Positions 38,978 to 49,947 of a stretch of 64,000 nt of DNA are shown piece after piece. The notes beneath the pieces are model-generated. The model saw only the letters and a program-made list of their open reading frames with translations. It was not told the origin of the DNA and did no database searches. The stretch comes from a virus, in IMG/VR virus record IMGVR_UViG_3300024999_000086, positions 8,109 to 72,108 of that record. One strand, 5' to 3'. A program made the translations under genes and the position numbers. Numbering within the stretch: position 1 is the first letter of the stretch; each line of letters starts with the position of its first letter.

Positions 38978-40301
38978 TCAATCGTTCTCCGTAAAGCTTT
39001 GAGGTTGCTCTGAAATTTGCTGCAGACAATCGGCACACAAGGTGTCAAGGTCCTCGTCAACAGCCTTGATCCACTTCCCGCAGCCGGCGCAGCGGATCCT
39101 GGCGACACGCAGATCCTCGTCACTCATCCTGCCACCTCCTCAATCTCCACAAATTCAACCACTCTTGGACCCTGCAAACATTTTGCTTCCCACTGAAAGT
39201 CGGGCCCGACGTTGACGTCGACGTTGCGGTCCTGAAGGAACTGCATAGTGGCATCATACGATATCTTGTGCGCTCTGGCAAATTCCAGCAAGGCGCCGAG
39301 CAGCAGTTGGGTATTTTTTCGTTCGACTACCGGCCCGGACGACAGATACTCCGTCCGCTTGTTCCTCCGTAACAACCTCGCTGTCTGCAACCAGCTTGAA
39401 AATCCGGTTAAGGTCTCTTTAAAATCTTTCACTATTTTTCCTCCTCAATAAACTGGGCAACACTCTCGTCATACGGCGGCACAGAGACGTTCCAAGCCGC
39501 ACAGAATTTCAGACTAATTTGGCTCAAAACATCTTCCACCTTTGTCTGGCAGATCTGGGAGTGCAAGGTTTTCTCCTCTGCCAAGATTCTTTCATAGTGA
39601 TTCGTCGTCAGTATCAACCCGAACCACGTCCCCAAGCCGAACACGCCACAGATAGACAGGAACTTCAGCCACCACTTCATTGGTCGTCCTGATACCTCTG
39701 AAGAAAATCACACACCCGAGCCCGGGCCGCCGGAGTCAATTGGCTGATGCAATCGCTGGGCAGATCATAGGCCCAAGATTCATCAAGGTAGTCTCTCAAA
39801 TTGTCCAGAACAGCCCCAAACCACCACCCGTTAGGAAAGAAGTGTTCAATAAGATCCTGACAAACCGGGCAGACCTTATAATTCTGAGCGGTACCGCCGC
39901 CGAAAACAACGTGCAAAGCATAACCCGAACCTTTCTCAATCGCAGACCCACACTCGAAGCACTTGTAGTCCTTGCCGGCGCGTTTGATATGTCTGACGCC
40001 CCAGTGGCAGTCCTCTGACTCTTCCATACAGCCGATAGCAGCACATGAGCAGTTCATTTGGGTTCCCTCATCACGACTCGAACTTCGTGAATTGTAAGCT
40101 TATTCCTGTTATTCTTGTAGCAGTTTGAATAATAAGATTCATATCAGTATCAATCTGGGCCGGCGTTGGCTTGTTGAAGCCATAGCTTTTCATACACCAG
40201 TCAGAGGGTTCCCCACCAATCTTCCCCATCAACACCCACTCGAAACCGCCACGGGCATAGTTATTTTCACGCCTCTTCAAATACATCGAAATTGTTTTCA
40301 C
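38978..40301 (-). CDS. Small hypothetical ORFs (38978-39127 CxxC pair, 39124-39432, 39432-39680 TM, 39677-40057 Cys-rich, 40071-40301)
   Basis: Coupled chain with RBSs. Confidence 0.5.
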
Positions 40302-40347
40302 TCTCTGAGCCTCCTTTTTATAGATTGTAACACAAATAACATTTCTA

Positions 40348-41766
40348 TTACAAGAGAAAATCCTGCAACGACTTCTTGTCGCCGATGACCTCGGACAGAA
40401 CTTTGTCCTTGACAATCAGATTGTAGTAGATCCTTTCCTGGATCGTGCCGGCGGCCAGGAATATGGTCACGAACTGGTTCCTGGCCTGGCCACTCCGGTG
40501 AACCCGCCCTACTGCCTGTTTAAACGTCGGCGGATCGGGCGGGATCTCGACAAAGATCTCGTGCCGGGCATGCTGTAAGTTCAACCCGATCCCCCCCGAC
40601 TTGCAGTGCGCGACCATTCTGTTGACGTCGGCCTTAAAAGCGTCCTCGCTCTTGTTCTTTTGCACTTGCGAGAAATCGCTCCAGAGCCCAACCGCGGTCT
40701 TGCCCAGGTGCTTGAGAATCCTCCTGTTCGTATCAACAAAGTGGGCGTAGATGATGATCTTCTCCTCAGCCCCAAGTTCCTCAAGACGTTCATCAAGCAT
40801 CTCCAAGTACATCGGCGGAAACTCGGCGCCGAACATTTCAGGGTTCGTCACCATCTGCTGCAGCCGGGTAAACAGCGAATCAATTTCCTTCCCGTTCCTG
40901 GCGGCATAGGCCGGGAACTCGGAGACCGCGGTCTTGGTCATCTTGTTGTACAGCCGCAGATGCTTGGGGTCCAGGTCATACTTGATCGGGATGTAGGTGA
41001 TTGCCGGGATGTCCAGCAACTCGTCGGCGTTGGCGTCGAACCTCCGCAACTTGAAGTTCTCTTCCAGCAGGTCAAGGTTCTTAAATGCCTTAGGCTTCTT
41101 GTACTGGTCGAACTTCAGCACGTGAAGACGGTTGAACTGCTCCTCAGTCTTGTAGACGATCGGCGTCAACGTCTTGATGTAGCCATACGCCTGCGCCGGA
41201 TTCGACACCGGTGTCGCGTTCAACAGCGTGAACGGTTTCACAGGGTCAATATCAAGCGGCCCGAGGGCGTTCAATTGCTTGACCGTTTCCACGTTGTAAA
41301 GAAGCTGCCGCAATCTCTTATACGTCTGAGACTTTGGGCTCCGGAGACTGACCTCGTCACAGATCACAAACACTTTACGGTCCTTGACCTGATGATAGAT
41401 CTTATCAAAGTCCTTGAGAAATATCTGGTATCCCATTATAATAACCGACTCGGTCAAGTCCATCTTGGCCCGCTCCCCCGGGCTGCCTTGATAGGCACAG
41501 ACCGAGGGGATCCCGTCGAACTCTTGAATAAACTCATACCATTGCCTGATCAGTGTCGGCGGGCACAAGATCAGGATCTGGCAGACGTCAGTGTTGATCG
41601 TCGAGCCCAAGGCCAAGAACCACGACACGATTGTCTTCCCGGTCCCAACGTCCATCTTCAAGAGCGACATCAGGTCCTTGCTGGCGTCGAAAATAACCTG
41701 ACGTTGGAAGGGGTATGGTTCATAACGTGAAGGGAATAACGACCTCACCGTGTTGATGATGTCCAT
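40348..41766 (-). CDS. SNF2-family helicase
   Basis: MDVGTGKT, ICDE, NATP, GGIGLNLQ and QAVGRVHRSGQ motifs. Confidence 0.88.
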   Translation of the reverse strand: MDIINTVRSLFPSRYEPYPFQRQVIFDASKDLMSLLKMDVGTGKTIVSWFLALGSTINTDVCQILILCPPTLIRQWYEFIQEFDGIPSVCAYQGSPGERAKMDLTESVIIMGYQIFLKDFDKIYHQVKDRKVFVICDEVSLRSPKSQTYKRLRQLLYNVETVKQLNALGPLDIDPVKPFTLLNATPVSNPAQAYGYIKTLTPIVYKTEEQFNRLHVLKFDQYKKPKAFKNLDLLEENFKLRRFDANADELLDIPAITYIPIKYDLDPKHLRLYNKMTKTAVSEFPAYAARNGKEIDSLFTRLQQMVTNPEMFGAEFPPMYLEMLDERLEELGAEEKIIIYAHFVDTNRRILKHLGKTAVGLWSDFSQVQKNKSEDAFKADVNRMVAHCKSGGIGLNLQHARHEIFVEIPPDPPTFKQAVGRVHRSGQARNQFVTIFLAAGTIQERIYYNLIVKDKVLSEVIGDKKSLQDFLL

Positions 41767-41772
41767 ATCAAA

Positions 41773-42321
41773 TCACTTAAAGATTACTTCATTCAGTGTC
41801 TTCACCTGCACCATCGGCAGCAGCTGCCCCGAAGTTTCTAACAGACCTTTAAGAAAGATTTCACTCTCAGGCCAGGCCTCCAGAAGCTGCTTTGTTGTAT
41901 TCACCGAGTTCAAGAGCGCCCTAACCTCCTTGGCCAGTTTGTTTTTCTCGGCTAGTAGATCATATTCTCTGTTCTGCTGGGCATCCCACTGTACCGTGAG
42001 TTTATGATCAGCAGCCAGCTTTGTTTTTGATTCCATGTCCTTATACAAGAACAGTCGAGGCACACTCATGGCCAGGCTGGCATGCCTCCCACCAAAATAC
42101 ATATAGATAGCCTCCTTATTTGAGAAAGCCCGGTTGTTTGTCTGCAACTGCAATTCTTGGATCATACCAAGCTCTTTCTTGGTGTAACGGAAAGCATAAC
42201 AGGCGTCAGCCAGTGCCATCTTTTGTTTCTTCAGTTCCTCCAGACGTTCACCAAATACTTTGGCCAAAATTCTTTCAACGATTGTGTCCTTCATACTGTT
42301 TGTAAGCTTCTGTGATTTCAT
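41773..42321 (-). CDS. Nucleotide-modification-associated domain 5 (Nmad5)-like protein
   Basis: 'LTNSMKDTIV...LLNSVNTTKQLLEAWPE' motif. Confidence 0.7.
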   Translation of the reverse strand: MKSQKLTNSMKDTIVERILAKVFGERLEELKKQKMALADACYAFRYTKKELGMIQELQLQTNNRAFSNKEAIYMYFGGRHASLAMSVPRLFLYKDMESKTKLAADHKLTVQWDAQQNREYDLLAEKNKLAKEVRALLNSVNTTKQLLEAWPESEIFLKGLLETSGQLLPMVQVKTLNEVIFK

Positions 42322-43811
42322 TTTTTGATCTCCTGCAATTTTTGTTTATCCACACACTCAAACCAAAAGAGGCCCCGGACGAGTGTTCCGCCCTGCCGCT
42401 CACAGCTGGAATAAGCTAGCCAAACGACCGTAGCAAATATTATCACCACCCAAAGCGACCCAACGACATAAAACCAGTTAGTCCTGCTCATTCCTCCCCC
42501 TCCCGGACGTGGGCCTCAAGTTTCTCAAACGCCCGGGTAGCATCGTCACCAAACATCTGGTGAAAATCAGCCAAGCCCAGGCAGTAAACATAACCTGTAT
42601 TTTTGAACGCCGGCTTCGACCGATGCCTGAGCAGCAGGCCGGCAGACAGGCCGACGTCAAGGACGTGGCCGGCGTCACTCTCCTTGAGGATCTTGGTGAC
42701 CATACATTCGCTGGGCACCATCGCGAAAACATCGTAACCGCAAAGCTGCTCAGGAATATAAGAAACCTGGCACGTCTTGCCGGTCTTCAAGTCCAGAAAG
42801 TCCAGGACCACGTCCTTATTGACGATGTCGATACCGGTGACCCTGAGGTTCGTCAGGATGTTGGGGACCTTGCTCCCGGAGAGGACGTTGTACACGACCA
42901 AGAGCTTGCCGTGGAACACTCTGACTATCGAGAGATCGCCAAACTGCTCGAAACGGCGTTGCTCATCGAAGCTCATCTGCTCCGCGTAATAGTTACTGAT
43001 TTCGTTTCGTTCCAAAAACTTTGTCATTTGATTCTCCTGTCGTAAACTTCGACGTCAACGTTGCCGTTAGGCCAACGGTTAATATAATAGGTTTTGAGCG
43101 TCCTGCCCGCGGTGTCCTTGATGTCGACCGTAGACCGGTCCGCGGTCACGCTGTGGAAATTTTCCCACTCACCTCTCAGCATGTAACAGAGTTCAGTCTC
43201 ATATGTGAGCGTCCCAGGCGGGCCACAACAGCCGGCGGGCAGCAGAAGTATAGTCAGCCACAAATACTTCGTCATCCCCCCACCTCCGCAGGATCCTTGA
43301 AATCCTTATGATACGGATTCATCTTGAGCAGGAACGATTCCTCACCCTGCTCCAACAGCGATCCGAACCTGCCTTGGATCACGTTACCTTCTCTGGATAG
43401 AGATCCACGCTGATATTTTTTCCACTGCAACGTCCGCGCCAGGACAACGTCAAGGACAAGGTCGACGTCGCCGTACCAATATTCTGTGATTCCGAGTCCC
43501 GGAAGGTCTTCAGGGTGACTCCGAAAAAACTCCAGCATCTGGATCGGGCTCAACTCCGAGCAGAGCCTATCCACGGTCCTGCCGCCAACCGTCTGCGTCA
43601 GCGTCTTTTCGTACAGATGATCTTTGTCGATCGTGAAGAACCTCGACTTGCCATCGGCCCCAGGTTCAAACTGGAATGGCACCAGACACGCCCGGGTAAT
43701 AAGGTTGAATAACACAGGGGACCTGCTGAAGTATGTGCTGTAGATCCCGACCTTGACCCCGTTGACGGTCGCGTCGTAGTCCTCAAGTGGTTGGGCTGTC
43801 GCAAAAATCAT
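42318..43811 (-). CDS. Hypothetical ORFs (42318-42491 TM, 42488-43027, 43024-43275 lipoprotein-like, 43272-43811)
   Basis: ATGA-coupled chain; lipobox-like PAGC in 43024-43275. Confidence 0.55.
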
Positions 43812-43821
43812 GCTGTTTCTC

Positions 43822-44157
43822 CTATTTACTTCGTTTCAGGTGAGGCGGAAGGTCCTTGACGACCTCGACGTCAGGCCAGCCATAGGCTCTCTTGTAATCC
43901 TTGACCAAGAAGTCCTCCGGAGGAACCGGGCCTGTGACCAGTTTATTCCTGGGAAACTTAACCCACTCATCTTTCTTGGCGCCAAAGATGAACGGAATCA
44001 ACGCCGCCATCAATTGCCCATTCTGATTCTGTTGTGGCACCACCCGGGCAGCGTTCTTGATCATGATGTAGTCCTCGTCGTAATACACGACCTCGGCGAT
44101 AACGCTGACGTAGCCGTCAACAAGAAGCAACTGAATTTATGCAACTTTTTCTGTCAT
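43822..44157 (-). pseudogene. Small beta-barrel-like phage protein with an in-frame TAA at codon 7
   Basis: AGGAG RBS, then ATG ACA GAA AAA GTT GCA TAA ATT CAG TTG..., in frame with ORF 43822-44130. Confidence 0.45.
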
Positions 44158-44177
44158 ACTGGTTCTCCTCTTGAATT

Positions 44178-44759
44178 TTAATGTAAATCAAAAACGACGT
44201 CATAACCAAGGTCAACGATATCCCAACATTTGTAGCACTCGTCACACCGGCCCGGGCATTTGAAGTAAAAATTCGGTTTCCGCTTGTCGCTCGACAGCCA
44301 AGCTCTGGGAAAATCCTCAAACCCTTTTGGGTTCCGGAGCCCGGGCCACATCGACAAGATGACCGCCAGATTCTCCGGCGGCGGCTGATCCGGAAGTAGA
44401 TCCCAACGTTTTGTGAACATCATGAACTTGACGTCGGGGAAAATCTTGGCGATCTGATAAACCAAGACAGCGTAAAGAGTGCTCGGCGTATCCCCGCTGA
44501 CATGCCACCGAAAATGGGTGGGTTTGTTTTCCGCCAGCCACTCACTCACTTGGGTAAAGAACTCTGCCTCACCAGAGAGTTCCAAAAAATCCAAGTTCTC
44601 CGTCCAGGCCTTCCTGGTCTGCGGATACAGCCTCATCGCCTTCTGCGCGTAGCACTGCTTGGCGCAGGGCACCCTCGGCCGGCAGGTCGTCACCGGTGGC
44701 AGGCTGATGTTCGGGATCTTGCCCAACTTCATGTTTCCTTTTGAGATGTGCAGCCTCAT
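44178..44759 (-). CDS. GP88-like phage protein (Cys cluster)
   Basis: GNMKLG, SLPPVTTC...CAKQCYA, FRWHVSGD and CPGRCDECYKCW motifs. Confidence 0.75.
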   Translation of the reverse strand: MRLHISKGNMKLGKIPNISLPPVTTCRPRVPCAKQCYAQKAMRLYPQTRKAWTENLDFLELSGEAEFFTQVSEWLAENKPTHFRWHVSGDTPSTLYAVLVYQIAKIFPDVKFMMFTKRWDLLPDQPPPENLAVILSMWPGLRNPKGFEDFPRAWLSSDKRKPNFYFKCPGRCDECYKCWDIVDLGYDVVFDLH

Positions 44760-46297
44760 TCTTCCAACCTCCACTGATGGCATGAGTCTGGAACAAAGCA
44801 CATAGCAACTCGGATATCATAGCCACTCTCCATGCCTCTGCCTGACTCCATCATGTTGTGGACTACTTCCTCGTAGGCTTTGACAAGCCAGCCCCCGGGC
44901 ACCCGGGCTCTCTGATGATAGTCGTCAATCTGTTCCCACTCCAATTTCATTTCTGGTTCTCCTCATAACATTCTGTTTCGGGATTCCAAGAGAACCCCAG
45001 TTTTGCTGCTTCCTCCGCCTCAAGATCATCCAGCGTCGCAATCACGTCAGCCTTCAACTCAGCCAGGACAAGGTCGACGTCTTCGTCGGGCACGACCTCG
45101 ACCTTCATCCAGAATTCAGGGCCGATAATAACGTAGGGTTTGAGGCGCACGGAGCGCTTCATCCCCAGGGCCATCTCGAGGATCTTCACAGCAGCGTACT
45201 CTCAAGCTTGGCGTCAAGGCTGGCAGCAAACTTGGTCAAGGCCCTGCCCCGAGTGAAGGCCTTCGTGACAGCCTCTCTGACGGCGTCTTCCCGAGTTCTG
45301 CCGACGCCAGAGATCGACAGCCCCAAGTAGGCCAAGAGCGGCGGATTAAGCCGGCACTGGAAGGCGCCTTTCGCCACCCAAATCAACCCGACGTACTCGC
45401 CGTTAACGAGCACGGCGTGATGCGACATCGCTTTGTCGCCAGGGATTTTTTCAAAGGTTAGCATGACGGTGTTCCTCCACTGCTTTTTCCACGAAGTCCG
45501 CCGCGGCATTCAGCAGCCGAGCATTCTCCCTCGCGTTGATTACTGCCTTGATTATTGCAGTCATCGGCGTGTTCCCCACCCCGTTCAGCGACATCGCGCT
45601 CAACCGCAAGTTCTTGGGCACCAACTGACACTGGTACCCGAGAGACATCCGCCAGACCTCGCCGACGACGTCGCCGTCGATAACAATCTGCTGTCTTGGG
45701 GCCTTCGGGGGGCCTTCTTCCTTGATCTCGATCATGTTCTGGACCTCCTGTTTGATGTTGCTATTTTTCCTGGATCAGCTTTCCGAGGTCAATGTTCTTC
45801 AACATCGATGCTGACAGGCTCGCCTTCAGTTTCTCATTGAGTGCCCCCTTGAGTCTCACGTCAAAGTCAGCCTGCGTTTTTTGAACAAAGTCTTTTGTAT
45901 AGGCCTCGATGCGGGAGTCAATAAGCCAATCCAGCTTGGGCTTGGCGTTATAGGGGCAGGGGGTAGTCTTGACGACCTTACCGGAAGAGTCAACACGCTC
46001 GTTCAGAAATCGGTCCAACCTGGCCTTGAGCATGTCCTTGATCGTGTCGTGGGATTCCACCGGGTCACCGTACTTGTCAGTAATCGTCACGCGCTTCTCC
46101 ATAAAATCCGTCCACAAGCTGTCAATCAAGACGTCAACCCGCTGATTGATCTCTTCAGCAGCCCGGGTTTCGATCTGAGCAGCGACGTCTTTCTTCACTG
46201 TGTTGATCACTCCGGAAACAACGGCTTCACGGATTGTATCGTCAATACTGCCATCTTCACGAAGCCAATCGATGTCTACTTTGATATCAATTATCAC
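44756..46297 (-). CDS. Hypothetical ORFs (44756-44950, 44947-45189, 45186-45464, 45451-45735, 45761-46297)
   Basis: Coupled chain; 45186-45464 and 45451-45735 look paralogous (..G.VG.IW....FQC.L...L...GVG.T...A). Confidence 0.55.
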
Positions 46298-46328
46298 TGT
46301 CTGATTCTCCTTTTGACGTTGACGTTAT

Positions 46329-46432
46329 TGGTGGGGCGAGCAGGATTCGAACCTGCGTAGAGGGTTTAACGTGGATTTTGATCTGCAGTCATCCCCCTGC
46401 CACGAACGCGGCTACCATTACGCCACCGCCCC
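46329..46432 (-). tRNA. 104-nt tRNA-like RNA with expanded anticodon arm and encoded CCA
   Basis: Acceptor GGGGCGG/TCGCCCC + A + CCA; Leu-like D arm GCG-TAATGGTAGC-CGC; T arm GCAGG-TTCGAAT-CCTGC; oversized central region. Confidence 0.7.
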
Positions 46433-46443
46433 ACACGTTTCAG

Positions 46444-46794
46444 CTATTTCTTGGGTTCCCTCAAGCTGTAGTACTGGGAAACACCGGACAGCTCCACGGC
46501 GCCTTTCGATTCCAGAGCCGTGACCAAAGCCGCACCGCCGAACTCCTTGATCTTGCCGAAGGCAATCGTCGCCCGGGCGATGAATTCATCCTTGCCCATC
46601 TCGTCGACGACGGCGTTCTTGTCGACGACTTTCCAGTTCTCGCGCTCGTTGAAGATGAGGGTCCCGTACTTGGTCTCGACCTTGCCCGGAGTGCCGTGAT
46701 CCTTGATGCACTTGGCCTGGGCCGTGGCAGCTTGCTCTTCCAGTTTCTTGATCTCGACTTTGATTCTGGCCAAATCGGCAAAGCATCTGTTCAT
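46444..46794 (-). CDS. Hypothetical protein with its own promoter
   Basis: AGGAG RBS; TTGACA-N17-TAACAT at 46834-46862. Confidence 0.6.
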   Translation of the reverse strand: MNRCFADLARIKVEIKKLEEQAATAQAKCIKDHGTPGKVETKYGTLIFNERENWKVVDKNAVVDEMGKDEFIARATIAFGKIKEFGGAALVTALESKGAVELSGVSQYYSLREPKK

Positions 46795-46858
46795 AGTGAT
46801 TCTCCTGTTAATAGTGATTTACTTTCTACGTTGATGTTACTGTCTTGTTACCTTCTTG

Positions 46859-48612
46859 TCAACTGTTTCTGTCTATCTCTTCACTTGAATAAGGTTCAAT
46901 CTCAGCACCACACCGAGGGCACCTGTCATTGCACATGCAATCCCACTCACCCTCCCATTCAGTGACACACTTCGGGCACCGATAATAATTCCGATACCAC
47001 TCAGACCCCTCAGAATTCATGATCATGTTCGACACCCAGTGCCAATAGCCGGCCCGAGTATCATTGTTATTCACCTCGTACTGCCAGTCACAAAGCGGAA
47101 ACTGCGGATGCTCTCCCCAATTCCCATACTCGGTGATCAGGTCCTGCTCAGAAACAAATTCTCCCACGTCACACCTCCTTCATTTATCTCGCCAGACCCG
47201 GATGCCACCATCTACTTTACGGGAACTGAATCTTTTCGGAGCATGCCTCTTGGTAGCCGCCGCGGTTGCCCCTCTAATGCCTTTGAACTCCTCGCCTGTG
47301 GGTACAAAAAACGAGTCACCAATCTTCATTGCTTTCCAAGGGTACTTATCAGGTCGGCCACGTCCCCGACCTCTCTCAGGTTTAGTGACCCCTTTATCAA
47401 TTTTAAACATCTCAAACCTCCCCAAAAAATTTGTTGATATGCCAGCCAATAAAGACCCCTGCGACAGTGTCGACCAGGTCCTTATCCCCGGTGATCTTGT
47501 CAATTGCTTGTTTAGCCGCTTCCTTCGGGGACTGGGCCTGGACGCAGAACGTCAACGGCCCCTTAACCCTGTGCATCAAGACGACTGTGAATTTTTGGTT
47601 CATCAGACCTCCTATTTAAAGTTAATCTTGATAACAACGTCGCCGTTGACGTCAACGGAGACGACACCCTCGGGCCCGGTAGCAACTTGGATCTTGTCCC
47701 GGTATTCCTGCGCAGAAATAATCTTTTTGAGGTCAAAGATCATCTTCGCCATTCGTTTCCGTGAATCCCTCAACCGAGAAACTTCCGACCGAAGATCCCG
47801 GGCTTCCTGCCGGGCCTGCTCCAGATTAAATTCAGTAATAGCTAGGGACTCGTCCCGCTCCTCCTTGTAGATCTCGGCCAGGTTCCGGGCCTCGTCCAGG
47901 TCCGTTTCGTATTGCGAACATGCCTCCTGCAGCCGAGTCACGGACTCCTGCAGGAAACGGTTCTTGTTCTCAAGGTCCTGGACCCTGTGATACAGCCCAA
48001 GCTCGTTTTCATATCCCACGAAGAAGTGGCCGTGGACGATCTTGTCTCCGGTTTTGACGCCCTCGGTCGAGTACAGCGCCGGAATCGATTTCAAATCTTT
48101 TTTCGTCGGTTTTGCCCACATAGCTGATCTCCTTTATGTTGTTGATTTTACCTGATTATTTTCACTTTCCCGCGATAACCCATCGCCCGGCAAATGGCCT
48201 TGAACGCAGCTTCCACCGCGGAATCCCCGACGCCATGGATACTGCACTTCTTGTTCATGTTGACCTTTTTCTCCTCACCGTTGGTGTAAGGAGTACCGTA
48301 CAGCTCCACGCCGGCCGACCTCAGAGCCATTCCGACTGCCGCACTGACTCTGTGGTACCCGTAGCCACCAGCCTGGCCCGACCCTGACAACGACAACCAG
48401 TCATCCTTGACCTTGCCGTGGATCCAGACGTTGCAGTAGACCGTACTTGAATTTAAACTCCGACCCATATAACAAGTGGCTGACACCGGGTTGTGGATCT
48501 CGCCGTCTTTACAGACCACGGCGTTGAACGAGGCCACGACCTCTTTCTTGTCGTAACCAGGCTTCACATTATGAAGTTCTTTGGCTGTGAATTTTGCTTT
48601 CATTGTGTGCAT
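46859..48612 (-). CDS. Small early ORFs (46859-47167, 47180-47410 DNA-binding-like, 47412-47603, 47612-48121 chimeric, 48148-48612)
   Basis: RBS-led chain; 'KYPW..MKIGDSFFV' in 47180-47410; 'GSGQAGGYGYHR.SAA' in 48148-48612. Confidence 0.55.
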
Positions 48613-48638
48613 CGCTGACCTCCTCTAAGTTTCTGATT

Positions 48639-48722
48639 TTAATACGGATTGTCCCAATTTTCATAGGCCCACTCGCTGATCTCACCGTCCTTACACAACC
48701 CGTCCGTATAATCGTTCCAAGC
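48639..48722 (-). pseudogene. 3' fragment of a small phage gene abutting the IS605-like right end (predicted guide source)
   Basis: AWNDYTDGLCKDGEISEWAYENWDNPY* begins exactly after the TTCAA end and has no start codon. Confidence 0.55.
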
Positions 48723-48764
48723 TTGAACCTCCCCACCAGCAACCTTGGGGATTCCGGACGAGAC

Positions 48765-49820
48765 TCATATTTGACACAAGCCTCTTTCGAGGGCCGTCCC
48801 AGCCCCAAAATTGAGTACGTTGATCGCAGCATTCTGATCACGATCATGCAGAGATCCACACTCTTGACATACCCAATTTCTTACCGACAGTCCTGCCCAA
48901 CCTGTAGGTCCTGACAGGCACCCACAATTTGAACAGATCCTGGTGGAATTTTTGCTAGCAGGCTCGTCATACTGCGTACCGCCGATATGGCTACTCTTGT
49001 AAGCAAGCATTGCACGAAGCTGCCCGTGACCTGAACTTGTCACGCTTTTTCCAAATTTCTTAGCAATCCCTTTAATGTTATCTTTGCTGAAACGGATCAC
49101 AGTATTTTCAGCAACAAGTTTCCTGGAAAGTTTGTGATTCCGGTCTTTCCGTTGATTGGCAATTCGTTCATGGATTCTTGCCACGAGTTTCTTATCCTTC
49201 CCCCGCTGCGCTTGTGCCAGTCGTTTTGCTGAAGCTTCCAGTTCTCTGGGGTGCTCAACTTTCTCCCCTGTTGAGAATGTCAAGAGGCTTTTAAACCCGG
49301 GGTCAATCCCGATTTTTCCAAAACCAACCCGCTCAATTTCTTTCGGGGCAGCATCAATAAAAAGACACAAATGCCACCCGCTTGCCCTTTTTATGAGTCG
49401 CCCACATTTGATCCGCCCTTCGGGCAAGAACTGTTTGTGGAACCGGACCAAGCCCAGTACCGGCAACTTGACGTGGCTGCCCTCCGGGCATCGGATTGGA
49501 TCAGGAAAAGGGATCGACACCAGCTTGTTTCTCTGTCCTTTGAGTTTAGGTCTGCCGCCCTGTTTTCTGAAACACCGCTGCCAAGCTGCATGAACAGTGG
49601 AAAGCACCCCCTGAATACAATGCCCTGGAACCCCAACTTTTTTGGCATGGCCTGCCAAAAGATTCTGGAAATTCATGGGTGAATGATAAATCTTATCATC
49701 AGCATCTAGTTGGATCTTTCGCACTGCCCAGTTATAGACCCCGGTCAAGTGCCAGAGCCATTCGTCAAGTCTTTTTTCAAGCTTTACGTTTGGCCTGAGT
49801 TTGAGTTGTACTTGAATCAC
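48765..49820 (-). CDS. tnpB: TnpB-family RNA-guided nuclease homologue
   Basis: RuvC-I IGIDPG; Zn ribbon CSNCG/CQECG; RuvC-III HDRDQNAAIN; likely GTG start at 49820 with AAGGAG upstream. Confidence 0.88.
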   Translation of the reverse strand: MIQVQLKLRPNVKLEKRLDEWLWHLTGVYNWAVRKIQLDADDKIYHSPMNFQNLLAGHAKKVGVPGHCIQGVLSTVHAAWQRCFRKQGGRPKLKGQRNKLVSIPFPDPIRCPEGSHVKLPVLGLVRFHKQFLPEGRIKCGRLIKRASGWHLCLFIDAAPKEIERVGFGKIGIDPGFKSLLTFSTGEKVEHPRELEASAKRLAQAQRGKDKKLVARIHERIANQRKDRNHKLSRKLVAENTVIRFSKDNIKGIAKKFGKSVTSSGHGQLRAMLAYKSSHIGGTQYDEPASKNSTRICSNCGCLSGPTGWAGLSVRNWVCQECGSLHDRDQNAAINVLNFGAGTALERGLCQI

Positions 49821-49947
49821 GCTTCCGCTCCTTGTCCCAGTAGGCACTCTTGCATTTTGGACAGATGCGGACATCCAGTTTCCGGGGAAACCACCTGTGT
49901 CCACACCTCTTGCAAGTCAATTTTAAATCCTCAGTTATCATACTCAT
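49777..49947 (-). CDS. Small Zn-ribbon protein (54-56 aa, not in ORF track)
   Basis: Translated by eye: ..LTCKRCGHRWFPRKLDVRICPKCKSAYWDKERK..; overlaps the tnpB start. Confidence 0.7.
   Translation of the reverse strand: MSMITEDLKLTCKRCGHRWFPRKLDVRICPKCKSAYWDKERKRDSSTTQTQAKRKA

Noticed and set aside
39488-39497. 10-nt match (CGTTCCAAGC) to the start of the predicted TnpB guide
   Set aside because: A 10-mer match is plausible by chance in 128 kb of two-strand sequence (about 0.1 expected), and the flank does not resemble a typical TAM.
48569-48859. 96-aa track ORF overlapping the tnpB 3' end
   Set aside because: It runs across the right-end hairpin/omegaRNA region in another frame and has no RBS or motif.
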